From an uncultured Acidobacteriota bacterium (lineage in GTDB: Bacteria; Acidobacteriota; Thermoanaerobaculia; UBA5066; DATFVB01): DNA of 64,000 bases. A program made the position numbers and the translations under genes. The DNA is taken from positions 736,001-800,000 of the forward strand of contig CAWEYG010000003.1 of the NCBI GenBank assembly GCA_963813155.1, written 5' to 3'. Below are positions 60,463-64,000 of the stretch, piece by piece; the stretch's first letter is position 1, and each line of letters starts with the position of its first letter. The notes below the pieces were generated by a model. That model searched no databases. It was not told the DNA's origin and was given only the letters and a program-made list of their open reading frames with translations.

Positions 60463-62421
60463 ATGCTGAGTAGAACCGAAATGACTGCGAGCAAGATTCA
60501 CGTCGCGCGCGGAGCAGCGCGACGACTGCGAACAGCTTCTCTCGCGGCTTTATCCTTGCTCTTCATTGGCCAGCGTCATCTTCAGGCTCAACAGCCCGTG
60601 CTCCCTCCGGGCGTTTTGTCCAAGTCCGGGTTTCCGATAACCTTCAGCGGCAACAAGACCTCGCACGGCGAGCCCGTCATCGCGGACCTTGGGTTGACCC
60701 CTGGCCACAAACAGATAATCTTCGGCACGTACAACCACAAGTTATACGTCGTGAATTATGACGGCTCGGTCGCGAGCGGCTTTCCCGTGACTCTTCCCGG
60801 AGACATTTACAGCAGCCCCGCGATCGGCGACCTCGACGGCGACGGCATTCCGGACATCGTCGTCGGCTATGGCTCGACGATCGAGGTGGCCGCAACGGGC
60901 CTGGAAACCGGAGGCGTCTGCGCGTACCACCGCAACGGCGCGCAGATGTGGTGCCGCGTGTCCGGAGACTTCAACAACAATGGGTCCCCCGATCCCGTCA
61001 TGTCGACGCCCGCGATTGGCGACGTGAACGGGGACGGCCACAACGAGGTCGCCTGGGGCGGACTCGACGCGAATGTCTACCTCGTGAACGGCGCAACCGG
61101 CGCGAATAAGACCGGGTGGCCAAAGTTCGTCCGGGACACGATTTTCTGTTCTCCAGCCCTCGCGGATCTCAACGGTGATGGAAAGCTCGAGGTCATCATC
61201 GGTGCCGACGCTCACAAGGAAGGCGCTCCGTACAACACTCCCAACGGTGGATGCCTGCACGTGCTTCAGTTCGACGCCTCAGAAATGGCGGGGTTTCCCC
61301 AGTGCGTCAATCAGGCGATGGACAGCACCCCCGCAGTGGGCGATATCAACGGAGATGGAAAGCCCGAGATCATCGTGGGGACCGGAACATTCTGGAACAG
61401 CACCAACAACGGCACCGGCGTATCGCCGCCGCACGTCGTCTACGCGTTCGAGTGCAACGGAACGCAAGCGCCAGGCTGGCCGGTTTCGGTCGATGGTGAG
61501 GTTTCGAGCTCGCCCGCCCTGGGCGACATCGACGGCGACGGAATTCCGGACGTCGTGGTGACCGACACCAGCGACGGGCCGAGTGGAACCTTTCACGTTT
61601 ACGGTTTCAAAGGAAACGGCACGCCAATATTCAAGACACAGCCAAAAACCTTTTTCGGAACGACGCCGAATGCTGGGAGTCCTCGGATCGCCAACATCTT
61701 GAACGACTCTCACCCGGAAATTGTTTTCCCCATCGGGACGGAGATTTGCGTCCTGTCCTCAACCGGAACACAGTTGACCGACCCAGGGACTCACGCCGCA
61801 GGGACATTCTCGTTCTATACGCAAACGGCGGTGAGCGGTGTCGCGATCGGAGATCTGGACAACGACGGTGTCGCCAATGAGATGGTTGTGGTCTCGGGTA
61901 CGCCCTTCCCTTCGGCGACTGACACCCAGGTCTTTGCCTGGACCCTGACGACGAATTCGACACCCCTCTGGGGATTTTTCAAGTACGGTACAGCCCGTAC
62001 GGGGATCATCCCGGGCACGCCCAGTTGCTCCACCTCCACGATTTCCACGACGGATTTTTTTCCGCTCCCGCCCTGTCGGATCGTCGACACGCGAAACCCG
62101 ACCGGGCCTTACGGTGGGCCGCCCCTGTCAGCCGGCTCAACCCGCACCTTCGTTCTCGCAGGTCAGTGCGGCATTCCTGTCGGCGCCGGAGCCGCCTCGG
62201 TCAATATTACGGTCGTCAGTCCCAGTTCGGGCGGAGCCTTGAAATTAAACCCCGCCGGCGCAACACCGACTGCCGCGACAGCCATCCTCTTCAACTCCCT
62301 GAAGACGCGCGCAAATAACGCGATCGTCTTCTTGAGCTCGAGCGGAGCCGCGAGCGTCGAGGACGATCAGACCTCCGGCACGACCAACTTCCTACTCGAC
62401 GTGAACGGATACTTCAAATAG
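60463..62421 (+). CDS. Secreted FG-GAP/VCBS-repeat protein with C-terminal PCRxxDTR...GYF domain
   Basis: Repeats S(S/T)PA(I/L/V)GDxxGDGxx(D/E)IV with GWP/GFP spacers; ends DVNGYFK. Confidence 0.88.
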   Translation: MLSRTEMTASKIHVARGAARRLRTASLAALSLLFIGQRHLQAQQPVLPPGVLSKSGFPITFSGNKTSHGEPVIADLGLTPGHKQIIFGTYNHKLYVVNYDGSVASGFPVTLPGDIYSSPAIGDLDGDGIPDIVVGYGSTIEVAATGLETGGVCAYHRNGAQMWCRVSGDFNNNGSPDPVMSTPAIGDVNGDGHNEVAWGGLDANVYLVNGATGANKTGWPKFVRDTIFCSPALADLNGDGKLEVIIGADAHKEGAPYNTPNGGCLHVLQFDASEMAGFPQCVNQAMDSTPAVGDINGDGKPEIIVGTGTFWNSTNNGTGVSPPHVVYAFECNGTQAPGWPVSVDGEVSSSPALGDIDGDGIPDVVVTDTSDGPSGTFHVYGFKGNGTPIFKTQPKTFFGTTPNAGSPRIANILNDSHPEIVFPIGTEICVLSSTGTQLTDPGTHAAGTFSFYTQTAVSGVAIGDLDNDGVANEMVVVSGTPFPSATDTQVFAWTLTTNSTPLWGFFKYGTARTGIIPGTPSCSTSTISTTDFFPLPPCRIVDTRNPTGPYGGPPLSAGSTRTFVLAGQCGIPVGAGAASVNITVVSPSSGGALKLNPAGATPTAATAILFNSLKTRANNAIVFLSSSGAASVEDDQTSGTTNFLLDVNGYFK

Positions 62422-62498
62422 AGATGCCGAATGAAAATCCAAAACCAGTTGTGCTACTCTTATCGAAGGGTCGAGGACTTGCCGAAGAAGGAGATCCA

Positions 62499-63005
62499 AT
62501 GAATCCAGACACTCGCACTCTCAGAAGATGGGCGTTCGCCCTGGTTGTCGTCGTAGCCCTCTTCACGGGCAAACCGGCGGCCGCGCAGACGGGTCTTCAA
62601 TACTTTGCGGTCATCCCCTGCCGGGTCGCCGACACGAGGAGCAGTACTTTCAATTCGGGATCCTACCTGAACGGGTCTCCAAGTCTGACAGCGGGCGCCA
62701 CTCGGGCCTTTTTCGTGAAGGGCCGCTGCGGCATTCCCGATACGGCGCAAGCCGTCTCGGTCAACGCGGCTATCCTCAATCCGACGGACGCCGGATTTCT
62801 CTCGCTTTGGCCTGCAGGCGGCCAGTTTCCGGTAGTGTCGACGATAAATTTCGTGGCGGGAGAGCCTGGCCTGGCGAACGGAGCGATCGTACCCCTAAAA
62901 ATCTGCGCCTCGCCATGTGCAGATCTCAACGTCGTCTACGGGAATGGCGGCGCCGCCGGACAGACTTTGAATTTCATCCTCGACGTGACCGGGTACTTCG
63001 AGTAG
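62499..63005 (+). CDS. Secreted protein consisting only of the PCRxxDTR...GYF domain
   Basis: SD AAGGAG, signal peptide ending AAA-Q, then YFAVIPCRVADTR...CGIP...DVTGYFE. Confidence 0.82.
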   Translation: MNPDTRTLRRWAFALVVVVALFTGKPAAAQTGLQYFAVIPCRVADTRSSTFNSGSYLNGSPSLTAGATRAFFVKGRCGIPDTAQAVSVNAAILNPTDAGFLSLWPAGGQFPVVSTINFVAGEPGLANGAIVPLKICASPCADLNVVYGNGGAAGQTLNFILDVTGYFE

Positions 63006-63086
63006 GGAATTCTCCAGGGAACATCTGGAGGTTTCTGCGTTTTCTAAAGCCAGGCGAAACCTCGCATCGCGTCAGTTTCGCGTAAT

Positions 63087-64000
63087 TTATCTGTCTGGCG
63101 GGAGGAGCCGAATCGCTCCCGGATCGTTTCGATAGACGGCAAACGGGCCCACCTCGTCGTATCGAAAGTGTCGGTGGTCAAGCTTCAGGGTCGATTCGAT
63201 ATATTCCTGCCGCGGGTCACCTTTGAAGAAGACGTACGCGGGCGATCGCGAGGCGTTTGCTGCTCGCGTATACATCTGGTCCCGATCCCAGTCACGAAAC
63301 AGGCCCAGTTTGACGTCGCCGTTCGAACGCATATTCACCACGTAACTGATCCAGTACGAGCCATAGCCCACGCTAATATTTTCCCGCCGGAGAAATGCGA
63401 TCAGGTCTCCGTTAGGGTCCGGCTTGCGAGCCAGCTCCCAATCCGGCCCGAGAGCTCCGTTGGTCTGATACCAGAGGCCGGTTTGAACAGCCGGGTAGAA
63501 AAACAAAAAAGCCACGAGACCCGCAGATGCGAAACGATGTCGAAGCGCCAGCCGCGCCAAGAAGCCTCCCGACAGGACGGCCAGAGCCGGGACGCAGGGG
63601 AGAAGATAGTGGTTCGAAAGGACATCCTGCGGATTCCTGGAGAGACCGAAAACCAGGAGGTTCACGCCCACGAGGATCCCCAGGAAGACGGGAATGTATC
63701 TCCACGCTCGGCGATTGAGAGGGATCTCGTCCCGCCGCCAGAATACCGCGAGCCACGCCCAGGAAAGAAGGAGCGCAAAGAGAAATCCGGTCAGGCTCCA
63801 CGCTAGGCCCGCCGCCCCGACCGCCGGCCCGAGTTCCCGTGTCCGCGCGGGGTTGATCCCCAAAAAGGCCGGGAGCGCGCGGGTCGCGAGGAGGCCGAAG
63901 TTAGCGCGAATCTGGGCGAATGAAGCGAGTCCGTAGTCGACCCGAGGCGTTCTTAACGTGTGTCGAAGGATCGCGCGAACCTTGGGAGCCCACCCAAGGC
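63087..64000 (-). CDS. Polytopic membrane protein, probable GT-C glycosyltransferase (partial, runs off window)
   Basis: Frame open to the window edge; several TMs, HYLLP, then soluble tail LIAFL..GYGSYWISY typical of GT-C C-termini. Confidence 0.6.
   Translation of the reverse strand, partial: LGWAPKVRAILRHTLRTPRVDYGLASFAQIRANFGLLATRALPAFLGINPARTRELGPAVGAAGLAWSLTGFLFALLLSWAWLAVFWRRDEIPLNRRAWRYIPVFLGILVGVNLLVFGLSRNPQDVLSNHYLLPCVPALAVLSGGFLARLALRHRFASAGLVAFLFFYPAVQTGLWYQTNGALGPDWELARKPDPNGDLIAFLRRENISVGYGSYWISYVVNMRSNGDVKLGLFRDWDRDQMYTRAANASRSPAYVFFKGDPRQEYIESTLKLDHRHFRYDEVGPFAVYRNDPGAIRLLPPDR

Overview
High-GC bacterial chromosomal window with no rRNA, tRNA, CRISPR or clear mobile element. 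Gene content points to Acidobacteriota, probably Thermoanaerobaculia-like (tandem ADOP permeases, split atp operon, lineage-type C-terminal domains); this is an inference. About a dozen conserved genes carry single-base frameshifts, many in homopolymers, best read as long-read assembly errors. Left to right: ADOP/MacB ABC permeases with ATPase and an NtrC/histidine kinase pair; a cardiolipin-synthase-type PLD; yraN; argS; a yqjDEK-like trio; an orphan MCP/CheW pair; an HddA-like GHMP kinase; a SigH/SigR-type ECF sigma factor with a membrane-bound anti-sigma; a nuoA-B-C-D-H-I-J-K-L-M-N operon (no nuoEFG) running directly into atpZ-I-B-E; a MidA/NDUFAF7 methyltransferase; an amidase / MamK-like actin / TM-SPOR gene trio; a ChlI-like ATPase with a vWA partner; a diheme cytochrome c; CopA; def; a second stand-alone nuoB-nuoCD-nuoI module; and a surface-glycosylation and secreted-protein region. 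Best candidate for an undescribed system: the MamK-like actin, with no magnetosome genes in the window, flanked by a membrane-anchored peptidoglycan amidase and a membrane-anchored SPOR protein (32440-35819). Other leads are Rex/CRP-like operators at both complex I loci, a structured RNA spacer between nuoA and nuoB, a GT-C/LmeA-like fusion, three tandem secreted proteins sharing a PCRxxDTR...GYF domain, and repeated leaderless-type promoters.
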